Origin: an uncultured Gammaproteobacteria bacterium
GTDB lineage: Bacteria > Patescibacteriota > Patescibacteriia > Magasanikbacterales > GWA2-37-8
Assembly (NCBI GenBank): GCA_964496095.1
Contig: CAZBWU010000006.1
Location: 1 to 56,309, forward strand
Length of the DNA stretch: 56,309 nucleotides
Direction: 5' to 3'
This document shows positions 1 to 7,959 of the stretch, one piece after another. The notes under the pieces are model-generated. The model saw only the letters and a program-made list of their open reading frames with translations. It was not told the DNA's origin and did not search any database. The position numbers and the translations under genes were made by a program. Numbering within the stretch: position 1 is the first letter of the stretch; each line of letters opens with the position of its first letter.

Positions 1-181
1 CTATCGCTGCGACGACCTCCTTCTGAGTAAGTCCAGTTCGCAATCCGATAGACCACAGTGCCCCAGCATAATCCTGAGCTTGCATCGCGCCCATATAAGA
101 AACAAGCTCAAAAGCTGAACGGCCATTGCCACCAATACGTTGATTTGTAAGACGAAGCATTCTTATATCTTTAATATCCAT
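1..181 (-). CDS. N-terminus of an AlkZ/YcaQ-like winged-helix DNA-binding (DNA glycosylase-like) protein; continues off the window
   Basis: Manual translation MDIKDIRMLRLTNQRIGG...MGAMQAQDYAGALWSIGLRTG; the QAQD...W..GLR motif is typical of the HTH_42/AlkZ family. Not in the ORF track because no stop lies in the window. Confidence 0.65.
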   Translation of the reverse strand, partial: MDIKDIRMLRLTNQRIGGNGRSAFELVSYMGAMQAQDYAGALWSIGLRTGLTQKEVVAAI

Positions 182-244
182 AAATATAAAAACTAAACTT
201 GGGTGCAAGTAAATCCTAAAACGCAGGTAAGACTTAAAAAATAA

Positions 245-332
245 TGGCGGAAGGGGTGGGATTCGAACCCACGGTACCTTTCGATACGACAGTTTTCAAG
301 ACTGTTGCCTTAAACCGCTCGGCCACCCTTCC
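245..332 (-). tRNA. tRNA-Ser(TGA)
   Basis: Reverse complement GGAAGGGTGGCCGAGCGG...CAGTC-TTGAAA-ACTG...GGTTCGAATCCCACCCCTTCCGCCA; long variable arm, encoded CCA. Confidence 0.97.
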
Positions 333-385
333 AAATAGTATGCATAGATTAACACAAGAACTGACAACAATCAATAGTTATTTTA

Positions 386-3043
386 CTACCCTCTCTTAAT
401 AAATTTTCCTACTTTTTCCACCACCTTCTTTATGCCACCAAAAAACATTGCCCCTCTAGCCCTGGCTAAAAATCCTAAAATTAGCGTGGTTATTCCTCCG
501 GCCGTGGCCGTCAGGTACTTTTCAGTTACGCCCTCACTTCCAGTAGTCGTTTGTTTTTGCAAAGTAGCATCCTGAGCCATGCCCAAAGATTCTATATCAT
601 CACTACTCCTTGGCCATAGCTGCCACTCTTCTTTAACTTTTTCCAAGATACCCACTACTCGTACATTTTCGCCTTCTTTAAATTTTTGCTTTTCAATTTT
701 GGCATTTTTCTTAAAATATACTTTAATTTCATCAGCACCATTATCCACATACATAAACGTAGATTTTATTTCTGTTATCTCCCCGCTTACTTCTACCAGA
801 CTTCCAGCCATAACTTCTTCAATGTTGTCCAAATCTAACATTATACTTTCCGGGTTTTTACCTGTTGCCAAAATATCTATGGCTCTACTATTTTTAACAT
901 TCACTCTTTTTATCCCGCTAGCTTCCGAGACTGTGCCGGTAATTTCTACCGAGTCGCCGATACCAACTGGTGGAAAATCTTTTTTGTTCTGATATATTTC
1001 AATCCCGCCACCATCACCAATAATATAAAAAAATTGACTACCAAAAACATTTGGCAGAACCGCCACTATTCCTCTTACTTTTACCGGCTGACCTTTTTCT
1101 CCTTGCCTAATGTCGGCAATATTTTTTATTAGTGGCCCTACTGATTTTTTAGTCACTGTCTTCTTTACAGTTTGCTCTGCTCCGATTTTAATTCCCAGCA
1201 CCTCTCCTTTGGCATACACTTTTCCTGGTGTCGGATCTGCCCAGCGCCATTCGTTATTGATAAGCGATAAACTTTTACCCGCTTCAGGCTTGTCATATTT
1301 TACAATATCAACTAACGCTTTATCTTTATTTAATAATTCAACTTTTCCGGTTGTATTTGCCAAACTAATTTTAGTAGCTGTTTTATAAAAAACCAAAAAC
1401 CCACCGGCTGGGATAAAGGTATTTTCCGGGAAAATATATTTCTTAGCCTGCACCCGTAAAAACCAGCCTGCTATATTTACGGCTGACGCTGAATTATTTT
1501 TTAACTCAATAAATTCTTTAGTGTCGTCACCCTCCGGATTTGGCAAAACTTCTGAGATTAATATTTCCGCATTTAGACTCAGACCATTATCTACTTCTAT
1601 TTCAATTTTCTTTTCCTCTCCATAGCCACTAGTGCTAGTCACAAAAAGTGAGAGAGTATGCATTCCCGAAGAAGCAAAACTCACTTTCAATTCCGGCCCT
1701 ACAACCTTAACACCGTTTTCTAAACTCCAAACAAAACTTAAACTTCCTCCTCGTGGATCAGCTGTATTTTCCGCATTAAAAACAACTTGTTCGTTGGGCG
1801 CAGCGCTTGAAGGCGCTTCGATATCCCAAACAAAAATCGACGCTGGCTTCTTGGTAGTTTTAGTTGTCTTTGTAGTACTACTGGCAGTTGAGGTATTACT
1901 ACCGCCTGACTGCCCAGCCTCATCTTCCGGCTCAGAAACAATATTTGCCTTGCCTGGTGTGATAGTGTCAGTCACTATCCAATCAATATCATTGTCCGTA
2001 TCCTTGCCATCAATTTTTCTTGCCAGAGACTGGCCTTCATCCGGTGTCAGCTCGTCATCATAATCAATTCTATCTATAATAGAACCAGAATTGTTTTTTA
2101 ATATCACACTATCACCGGAATTATTCAAAAAACTTTTGGTTTGTAAATCAACCTGAAGCCACCCATTTCCTCCGACCGATCCCATAATTTTTTTACAAGT
2201 AGAGGTAGTATTGCGCGCATCACAAATCATTGCATCGGTAATATCCACACTAGCAGTAGAATTATTATACAGTTCTACCCACTCATTTCCACTTTCTGGA
2301 TCTACGACAAATTCATTTATTTTTAAGGCTGTTAAATTTTGTACCACTGGCACTGGAGTTGAGTTTTGATTTTGTGACCCACTATTATTTTGCCCCGTGT
2401 TTTGAGTTTGGTTTGGAATGGGCGTTGGGTCGGGTGTGGTGGTTGGTGTAGAAGTTACAATCGGGGTTGGCGCAATATCAAAAACATTTATTCCCCCAAC
2501 AGTATTACCGCTCGCATGCTCTACCCAGTTGGCACTGGTATAATCTATCAGGTTCGGATCTTTTCTTTGCAAAGAAAAATGCGTAGTTGGTATATAGGTA
2601 AATCTTTCAATCTGGATTCCTTCTGCGTCTATAAGCCCAATATTTTCACCTTCTGGATTTAAACTCCCACTAGAAAATTCAAATATTGAACCACCAAAGG
2701 CTGGATAATCTGTCAAAAATTGTTTTGCACCCTTGACTATGACTGCATATTCTCCTCGGTCAACAACAGAGTCGGTTGTAGTGACCCTTAATTCATGTCC
2801 ATTTACCTGCGCATTCGCATCCAAAAATTTCCAGCCGTTTAAATCAACTGACTCATCCCCTTTGTTCCAAATTTCAATCCATCTATGAGTACTTACGCTA
2901 GGATAGGCCCCAATTTCATTTATTACAATATCAGTATTAGCGGCAAAAACTTTTCCAAAGACCAAAGATCCTAAAAAGAGTACTAAAAAAGTAAAAAAAA
3001 ATTCCTCCTTTTCATATTTTGTAAAAATTATTTTTTCTATCAA
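386..3043 (-). CDS. Surface protein with three lamin-tail (LTD) domains, a PKD-like domain, OB-folds and a C-terminal TM anchor
   Basis: INEIG/INEFV/ISEVLPNP...EWVELYN LTD motifs x3; Thr/Pro linkers; OB-fold-like VRGIV and VEITGTV segments. True start is uncertain (see poly-T finding). Confidence 0.8.
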   Translation of the reverse strand: MIEKIIFTKYEKEEFFFTFLVLFLGSLVFGKVFAANTDIVINEIGAYPSVSTHRWIEIWNKGDESVDLNGWKFLDANAQVNGHELRVTTTDSVVDRGEYAVIVKGAKQFLTDYPAFGGSIFEFSSGSLNPEGENIGLIDAEGIQIERFTYIPTTHFSLQRKDPNLIDYTSANWVEHASGNTVGGINVFDIAPTPIVTSTPTTTPDPTPIPNQTQNTGQNNSGSQNQNSTPVPVVQNLTALKINEFVVDPESGNEWVELYNNSTASVDITDAMICDARNTTSTCKKIMGSVGGNGWLQVDLQTKSFLNNSGDSVILKNNSGSIIDRIDYDDELTPDEGQSLARKIDGKDTDNDIDWIVTDTITPGKANIVSEPEDEAGQSGGSNTSTASSTTKTTKTTKKPASIFVWDIEAPSSAAPNEQVVFNAENTADPRGGSLSFVWSLENGVKVVGPELKVSFASSGMHTLSLFVTSTSGYGEEKKIEIEVDNGLSLNAEILISEVLPNPEGDDTKEFIELKNNSASAVNIAGWFLRVQAKKYIFPENTFIPAGGFLVFYKTATKISLANTTGKVELLNKDKALVDIVKYDKPEAGKSLSLINNEWRWADPTPGKVYAKGEVLGIKIGAEQTVKKTVTKKSVGPLIKNIADIRQGEKGQPVKVRGIVAVLPNVFGSQFFYIIGDGGGIEIYQNKKDFPPVGIGDSVEITGTVSEASGIKRVNVKNSRAIDILATGKNPESIMLDLDNIEEVMAGSLVEVSGEITEIKSTFMYVDNGADEIKVYFKKNAKIEKQKFKEGENVRVVGILEKVKEEWQLWPRSSDDIESLGMAQDATLQKQTTTGSEGVTEKYLTATAGGITTLILGFLARARGAMFFGGIKKVVEKVGKFIKRG

Positions 3044-3256
3044 GCTTATATAATTATATTACTCACAATACTACAAAAGTCAAGGCTCCGTTCGACAAGC
3101 TTTTTCAAATAAAATAAAAACATTCCACTTTCGTGGAATGTTTTTAAAATGCTTTCCGAGATTCCTGTAGTTGTATACACAATTATTATATACACAACTA
3201 CATCAGGAACCTCGGCCCGGTGCAGTGAGATGGTTGAACCACCTCTGCGATCAGGA

Positions 3257-3679
3257 CTACCGTGCATAGGCACAGGACGGCGCTTTTCCGCCGTAGGCGT
3301 CTCGAACCTCCTTCGGCAAGGAGTCGAAGTAGGCCTTGGCAGCCTTGTTCGCCTCGTCCACGGTCGCCCGGGTGATCTTGCCCTTGAAGGCGAAGATCTC
3401 GGCGAAGTGGGCCTTGGCCTGGGCACGAGCCGAGACAAGGTCCTTCACCTTCTGCGCCTCCTGCGCCGTGGCCGTATTGGCCACCAGCAGGTTCACAGTC
3501 GCGCGCCGGATCTTCTTCTGTTGCGCGCGGACGGGCACCACGATCTCCGGCTCGAAGGTGGCCGTGCTCGGACGCACCACCTTGACGACCTCTGGCTCGA
3601 AGACGAACCGCTGATCCGCGCGGGCGGGGTTGATGGTGGCGAGAACGAGCGCGATGAGCGCGAGGATGAAAAGCTTCAC
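3257..3679 (-). CDS. GC-rich secreted hypothetical protein (140 aa)
   Basis: Signal peptide MKLFILALIALVLATINPARA, AGGAG RBS before GTG, G/C-ending codons, own promoter at 3804-3832. Confidence 0.75.
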   Translation of the reverse strand: MKLFILALIALVLATINPARADQRFVFEPEVVKVVRPSTATFEPEIVVPVRAQQKKIRRATVNLLVANTATAQEAQKVKDLVSARAQAKAHFAEIFAFKGKITRATVDEANKAAKAYFDSLPKEVRDAYGGKAPSCAYAR

Positions 3680-3803
3680 GGCAGTCTCCTGGAATGTGCT
3701 AAGTCCCCCAAAAACACCGAATGTGCCAAGGGGAAAGAAACCGCTAACTTAACGAGTTCTTTTCCCTTAGCAAACCTATTTTGTTATTAAAGAGCAACAG
3801 ACT

Positions 3804-3832
3804 AGTATACACCAAAACAGAGGTTTTGTCAA
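3804..3832 (-). promoter_or_regulatory. sigma70 promoter for the 140-aa gene
   Basis: TTGACA-17nt-TATACT on the minus strand. Confidence 0.8.
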
Positions 3833-3919
3833 TCCCCACACGAGAGTGATAACACTTTTTTGGCTAATTATAAACAAATTTAATGAACGGGCAGCATTAT
3901 TTTAGCGAAAATCACTGGT

Positions 3920-4104
3920 GCGAGCCTTGAAATTAGGAGGTAGCAGACAGAGACGAGCCTGAGCAATCCCGACTTGTCGGGATCTGCCCTGCTGTTTGAG
4001 CCCGCAGGCGAGTTCAAGGCGGAAGCGAGGGTGAGTCCTGTCTGGCTCCGAGTAATTTCATTAGCTCGCGCTTCTTTCTGACCCTTTCTTCTAAAGAAAG
4101 GGTC
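3920..4104. repeat. REP/MITE-like multi-hairpin element with a nested ATCCCGACTTGTCGGGAT palindrome
   Basis: Outer inverted repeat GCGAGC..GAAATTA.GGAG / CTCC..TAATTTC..GCTCGC; internal TGTTTGAGCCCGCAGGGCGAGTT; closing hairpin GACCCTTTCT/AGAAAGGGTC. Confidence 0.55.
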
Positions 4105-4189
4105 TATTAAAGTTGGTTTTGATAATAAAAGGTGGGACGCTTAGCGTCCCAATCACAGCGCTAAGCGCTGGGGATAAAATTTTTTAAAA

Positions 4190-4314
4190 TTGTATATACT
4201 AGTGTATACAACTGTGGATAAGTAGGTGTATAAGTCCACAGTAATGGGGATAACTTACCCACCTACTTTGCTAATCCTAGCCAAAACAAAGTTTGTATAT
4301 ACTAGTTTATACAA
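4190..4314. promoter_or_regulatory. Cluster of DnaA-box-like sites bracketed by two 22-bp palindromes
   Basis: Perfect DnaA box TGTGGATAA at 4213-4221 plus degenerate boxes; TTGTATATACTAGTGTATACAA at 4190 and TTGTATATACTAGTTTATACAA at 4293. Confidence 0.6.
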
Positions 4315-4318
4315 ACAA

Positions 4319-4347
4319 TTGACAAAAGTGAAAAAAACTGGTATAAT
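4319..4347 (+). promoter_or_regulatory. Consensus sigma70 promoter
   Basis: TTGACA-17nt-TATAAT. Confidence 0.85.
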
Positions 4348-4353
4348 TATTTA

Positions 4354-4704
4354 TGTAGAGTTCTTCTGCTCTACACCTTTACAACTGTCTGTTTCCTTAA
4401 ACAGACCAAAAACCATCACACTGCATAAAAGAAAGCGGGCGAACAACTGCTAACTACATAAAGTAGAAAAGCAATGGCGCGCCCAACTTCTTCCAGGGTA
4501 TCTCCAATTAGCCAAATGCCTTCTAGGCTCTATGGCACCGGAGTCCGCCCCCAAGCGGTTGAGGTTACGTTCATATGCTCTTAGGTCGCTAGCGTGCCAG
4601 TTCCCCGCAAGGGGGAAGACACCTCACCTTCGTAGCATCCATCAAAGGCGATTTGCCTCCTGTACCAAAAAAGTTTTGATTCAGAAGGGTGATCGCCTTT
4701 TTTT
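4354..4704 (+). ncRNA. Candidate structured non-coding RNA of unknown family (~350 nt)
   Basis: Lies between a perfect promoter and a long hairpin plus T-run; several stems (TGTAGAG/CTCTACA, GTCTGTTT/AAACAGAC, TGAGGT/ACCTCA enclosing CCCC-GCAA-GGGG); no convincing ORF. Confidence 0.45.
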
Positions 4705-4718
4705 ATTGTATTTATATC

Positions 4719-4747
4719 TTTACAAAACTCTTTCTTTTTAGTAGACT
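4719..4747 (+). promoter_or_regulatory. sigma70-like promoter for the M28 peptidase
   Basis: TTTACA-17nt-TAGACT. Confidence 0.65.
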
Positions 4748-4855
4748 CATCTATTCAGTCTCTTTTCAGGTCCCCGTAATTTGCGCACGGGCATCTGTAG
4801 GAGTCTGACTCCTAACAAAGCGCACTTTGACAAAAAAACGGAAGGTCTTTTCATC

Positions 4856-6604
4856 ATGTTGACGAAAAAGTATATCTGGGTTCTGGTCTTCGCACTGGCG
4901 TTGGCGGAGTGCTTGATGCCGAAGCACGCGACGCCGCTACAGAGCAGCGATCTCCAGGAGAAGATCCGCAAGGTCTTCTCCGGCGACCGGGCCCTGGCCA
5001 CCGTGGCGAGCCTGGAGGCCGACCCGTGGCGACTGGCCGGCAACAAACCGTTCAACCGGGCGATCGCACTCGGGGTGGAGCAGCTCGAAAAGGCTGGATA
5101 CATCCTGGAAGCAGATGCCCGCCCGAGCGACAGACTCATCTACCGCATCGAGAAGCGAAGAATGGATGAGCCGACCTGGGAGCCGAAGAGCGCGTCTCTT
5201 ACGATCGTGGGGCAGTCGGTGCCGTTGCTCGACTTCAAGACCAACATGAACATGATCGCCGTTAACTCCTACTCGACGCCGATCGGCGGCGTGGAGGCAG
5301 AGCTGGTGTCCGTCGGGCGGGGTCGGCCCGAGGATCTGGAGGGAAAAGAGTTGGCGGGGAAGATTGTCCTCGTCGATTACCCCTATCCTCCACCAAAGTT
5401 CGTGACTGAGGCCTACAAATTGGGGGTGATCGGGGTCGTAATGTATGTTCCTTCATACCCCATGAAGGAGGCGCCCACGAATTCGATTCAGTTTCACTAC
5501 TTCAATCTTGACGCCGGGCAATGGGTGGTCCTGCTCTCATCGAACGCCAAGGAGAATCTCTTCAAAGCAGTGGCGACGAGCCCAGTACCATTGCGCGTAC
5601 ACGTAGACATTCAGACGCTCATCTACGAGTCGGACGAGCAGATGATCGTCGCCGAAATCCTGGGCTCCTCAGCACCCGAAGAGCGGTTCGTTTCCTCTGG
5701 CCACGTGAGCGAACCTGGGGCGAACGACAACGCCTCTGGTGTCGGCACTCAAGTCGAACTGGCTCGAACCTTGGCTCAGCTCCTCAAGAAGGGCCAGTGG
5801 AACCCATCACGAACGGTGACGTTCATCTGGGGCGACGAAATCGGCGCCGTGGAATGGTTCCTCACCAAGGACCCTAAACGGGCGAAAGGGGTAAAGTGGG
5901 GCATCTCCCTCGACATGGTCGGGGAGACGGAGAACTTCCTGGTCGAGAAAACCGGAGACCCTTCCGCTATCTGGACTCGGGGCAAAGATCATCACAGCGG
6001 CTGGGGAGGCGAAAAGCCAATCTCGGCTGACCAACTCTTCCCTAGTTTCCTGAATGATTTCGTCGTTGGTCGCTGCCTTGACCAGGCGGCAACGAACGGC
6101 TGGAAGGTGCGGGCCAACCCTTTTGAAGGCGGCAGTGACCACGTGTCGTTCATCGACGCGGGGGTGCCGGCCGTTCTCTTCAATCACTATCCGGACACCG
6201 CGTACCACCACGACAACGATCGTCTCGGCCGGGTCAATCCGATTGAGATGGCCAATGTCGGTGTCTGCGCGGGGTCTGTCGCGGCCATCTTGACCACTGC
6301 AGACGGTGCTGCCGCACAGGCTGTGGTCGATGAAGTCAAGGTGGCTGCCCTTGAACGGTTGGCGACGGAGTTCAAGCTGTCGCAAGCCGAAGTGGCCAAG
6401 GGTGGAAAGTTGGATCAGGAAGTGACGATCATCACCACCTGGACCGAGTGGTACGCTCGAGCACTGCAGACAACCCAGCAGATCGAAGTCGGCGGACCGA
6501 GTCCGTCCACGACTGCTACGATCGATGCCGCCATCGCCGAGATCAAGCGCGTGGGCGAGCAGTACGTCGCCGAGCTGAAGGCCACCACACCGCCGTCGCA
6601 CTAG
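4856..6604 (+). CDS. Secreted M28-family Zn peptidase with PA domain, GC-rich
   Basis: GHVSEPGANDNASG, GDEIG, SLDMVG, GGSDH and YHH metal-binding motifs; signal peptide from ATG 4856 (the track's upstream start at 4781 is probably an over-extension). Confidence 0.85.
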   Translation: MLTKKYIWVLVFALALAECLMPKHATPLQSSDLQEKIRKVFSGDRALATVASLEADPWRLAGNKPFNRAIALGVEQLEKAGYILEADARPSDRLIYRIEKRRMDEPTWEPKSASLTIVGQSVPLLDFKTNMNMIAVNSYSTPIGGVEAELVSVGRGRPEDLEGKELAGKIVLVDYPYPPPKFVTEAYKLGVIGVVMYVPSYPMKEAPTNSIQFHYFNLDAGQWVVLLSSNAKENLFKAVATSPVPLRVHVDIQTLIYESDEQMIVAEILGSSAPEERFVSSGHVSEPGANDNASGVGTQVELARTLAQLLKKGQWNPSRTVTFIWGDEIGAVEWFLTKDPKRAKGVKWGISLDMVGETENFLVEKTGDPSAIWTRGKDHHSGWGGEKPISADQLFPSFLNDFVVGRCLDQAATNGWKVRANPFEGGSDHVSFIDAGVPAVLFNHYPDTAYHHDNDRLGRVNPIEMANVGVCAGSVAAILTTADGAAAQAVVDEVKVAALERLATEFKLSQAEVAKGGKLDQEVTIITTWTEWYARALQTTQQIEVGGPSPSTTATIDAAIAEIKRVGEQYVAELKATTPPSH

Positions 6605-6830
6605 AACCACGGCACGCGGATCACGCTCACGAGCTAACTTCGCTTGCCTTCGATCTGCATCGAAGAAGGTGGTGGGGTTACGAGCAATAATAAACAATTC
6701 GTTCGCCATCCCACTACCTTTCTAAAGATAATATATTTGTCTTTCAGAAAGGTGGTGGTGAATGAATATTTTTTTAAAAATTAAAACATAAGAAACATCC
6801 AAGTCACATTGGGTGTTTTTTTGTATCATA

Positions 6831-6859
6831 TTGACAAACCCACCTCCCGCTGATAGAAT
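6831..6859 (+). promoter_or_regulatory. sigma70 promoter upstream of the dksA-like gene
   Basis: TTGACA-17nt-TAGAAT. Confidence 0.7.
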
Positions 6860-6944
6860 AACCTCCGCTTAACAAAAGACAGTCGCCTAGACTGCTTTAT
6901 TTTTTCTAAAGCATGCTGTATAATAAACCCATAATCAAAACTAT

Positions 6945-7319
6945 ATGACTAAGATAAAATCACAATTTTCCGATACTTTGCTCAAAAAAATTGAGGCCCT
7001 CATTTTGGCAGAAAAAACTAAGCTTGAAAAAGAGTTAGAAAAATTTTCTGACAAAAAAGGTGGCGAGGTTTTTCCTGACTATGGCGACCAAGAAGATGAA
7101 AACGCAGCCGAGGTTGCAGACTATGTCGTAAACATTTCTCTCAAAGATAACTTAGAAAAAAATCTTCGTGATGCCAACAAGGCCTTAGAAAAATTAAAGA
7201 AGGGCGACTATGGTATCTGCAAATATTGCCATAAACCTATTGAAGAAAAACGTCTTCTTGCCAGACCAACTTCTAGTTCTTGCATGAGTTGTAAAAAAAC
7301 CATCAATCAAGAAGTGTAA
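6945..7319 (+). CDS. dksA: DksA/TraR C4-type zinc-finger protein
   Basis: DENAAEV coiled coil, GDYGICKYC...RLLARPTSSSCMSC. Confidence 0.88.
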   Translation: MTKIKSQFSDTLLKKIEALILAEKTKLEKELEKFSDKKGGEVFPDYGDQEDENAAEVADYVVNISLKDNLEKNLRDANKALEKLKKGDYGICKYCHKPIEEKRLLARPTSSSCMSCKKTINQEV

Positions 7320-7327
7320 ACAAACAT

Positions 7328-7813
7328 ATGTATCTCAAAAAGGCCCGTTCAATAATTTTTATCAGCGGGCTTTTTTTATTGGTTGACAGACTTTTGAAAT
7401 GGCAAGCTTTGGGCGAATGGTCCCAAACTCGTTTACTTAACCGTTATTTTGGTTGGCAACCTTTTTTTAATAAAGGTATTGCTTTTAGTCTGGCTATCCC
7501 CTATCAAATTACTTTAATTTTTAGTCTACCTATTATAGTTTTAGTTTTATATCTTCTTATTCATGAATGGAAAAAAGAAAATGCAAACATCATATTACTT
7601 TCCGCTTGGTCACTAATTCTGGGCGGAGCTATCTCAAATTTTTTTGATAGAATGTTTTATAAACAAGTGATTGATTATTTTACACTTGGAACGGCGGTAA
7701 TAAATATTAGTGATATAATGATAGTGGTGGGATTGATTTTATATTTATTAACTTTCAAACACCAACGCACCAACTGTCATTCTGAGCAGAGCGAAGAATC
7801 TCTGTCCAAATAA
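7328..7813 (+). CDS. lspA: Lipoprotein signal peptidase II; C-terminus supplied by a repeat element
   Basis: FNKGIAFS, GAISNFFDR, VIDY, NISD motifs. Confidence 0.88.
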   Translation: MYLKKARSIIFISGLFLLVDRLLKWQALGEWSQTRLLNRYFGWQPFFNKGIAFSLAIPYQITLIFSLPIIVLVLYLLIHEWKKENANIILLSAWSLILGGAISNFFDRMFYKQVIDYFTLGTAVINISDIMIVVGLILYLLTFKHQRTNCHSEQSEESLSK

Positions 7814-7931
7814 CTGTCATTCCCGCCAAAGCGGGAATCCAGACAATTTAATTGTTCGCTGGATCCCCGATCAGATCGGGGATGACAACGAGTGAACCGG
7901 ACAGGGATCCTTCATTACATTCAGGATGACA
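7775..7931. repeat. Nested TGTCAT...ATGACA palindromic elements (inner copy 7815-7887)
   Basis: Outer TGTCATTCTGAGC..GAAGAATCTCTGTCC / GGACAGGGATCCTTC..TTCAGGATGACA; inner TGTCATTCCCGCCAAAGCGGGAATCCAG / CTGGATCCCCG..CGGGGATGACA. Confidence 0.85.
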
Positions 7932-7959
7932 GACCTACAACAATACAAATTTTAATTTT

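Noticed and set aside
3149-3790. 213-aa plus-strand ORF and 130-aa minus ORF over the first GC island
   Set aside because: Shadow frames; only the 140-aa ORF has an RBS, signal peptide and promoter
4354-4704. Identification as tmRNA, RNase P RNA, SRP RNA or a known riboswitch
   Set aside because: No tRNA-like termini or tag frame, no P4 GAGGAAAGUCC, no GGAA SRP loop motif, no aptamer consensus I recognise on either strand
4771-4795. CCCCGTA...ACGGG hairpin as a fifth copy of the bulged-hairpin element
   Set aside because: Lacks the CTGGGG end, the bulged T residues and the inner stem
5807-6709. 300-aa antisense ORF and other shadows over the M28 gene
   Set aside because: Expected stop-codon scarcity in GC-rich DNA; the plus frame has the catalytic motifs
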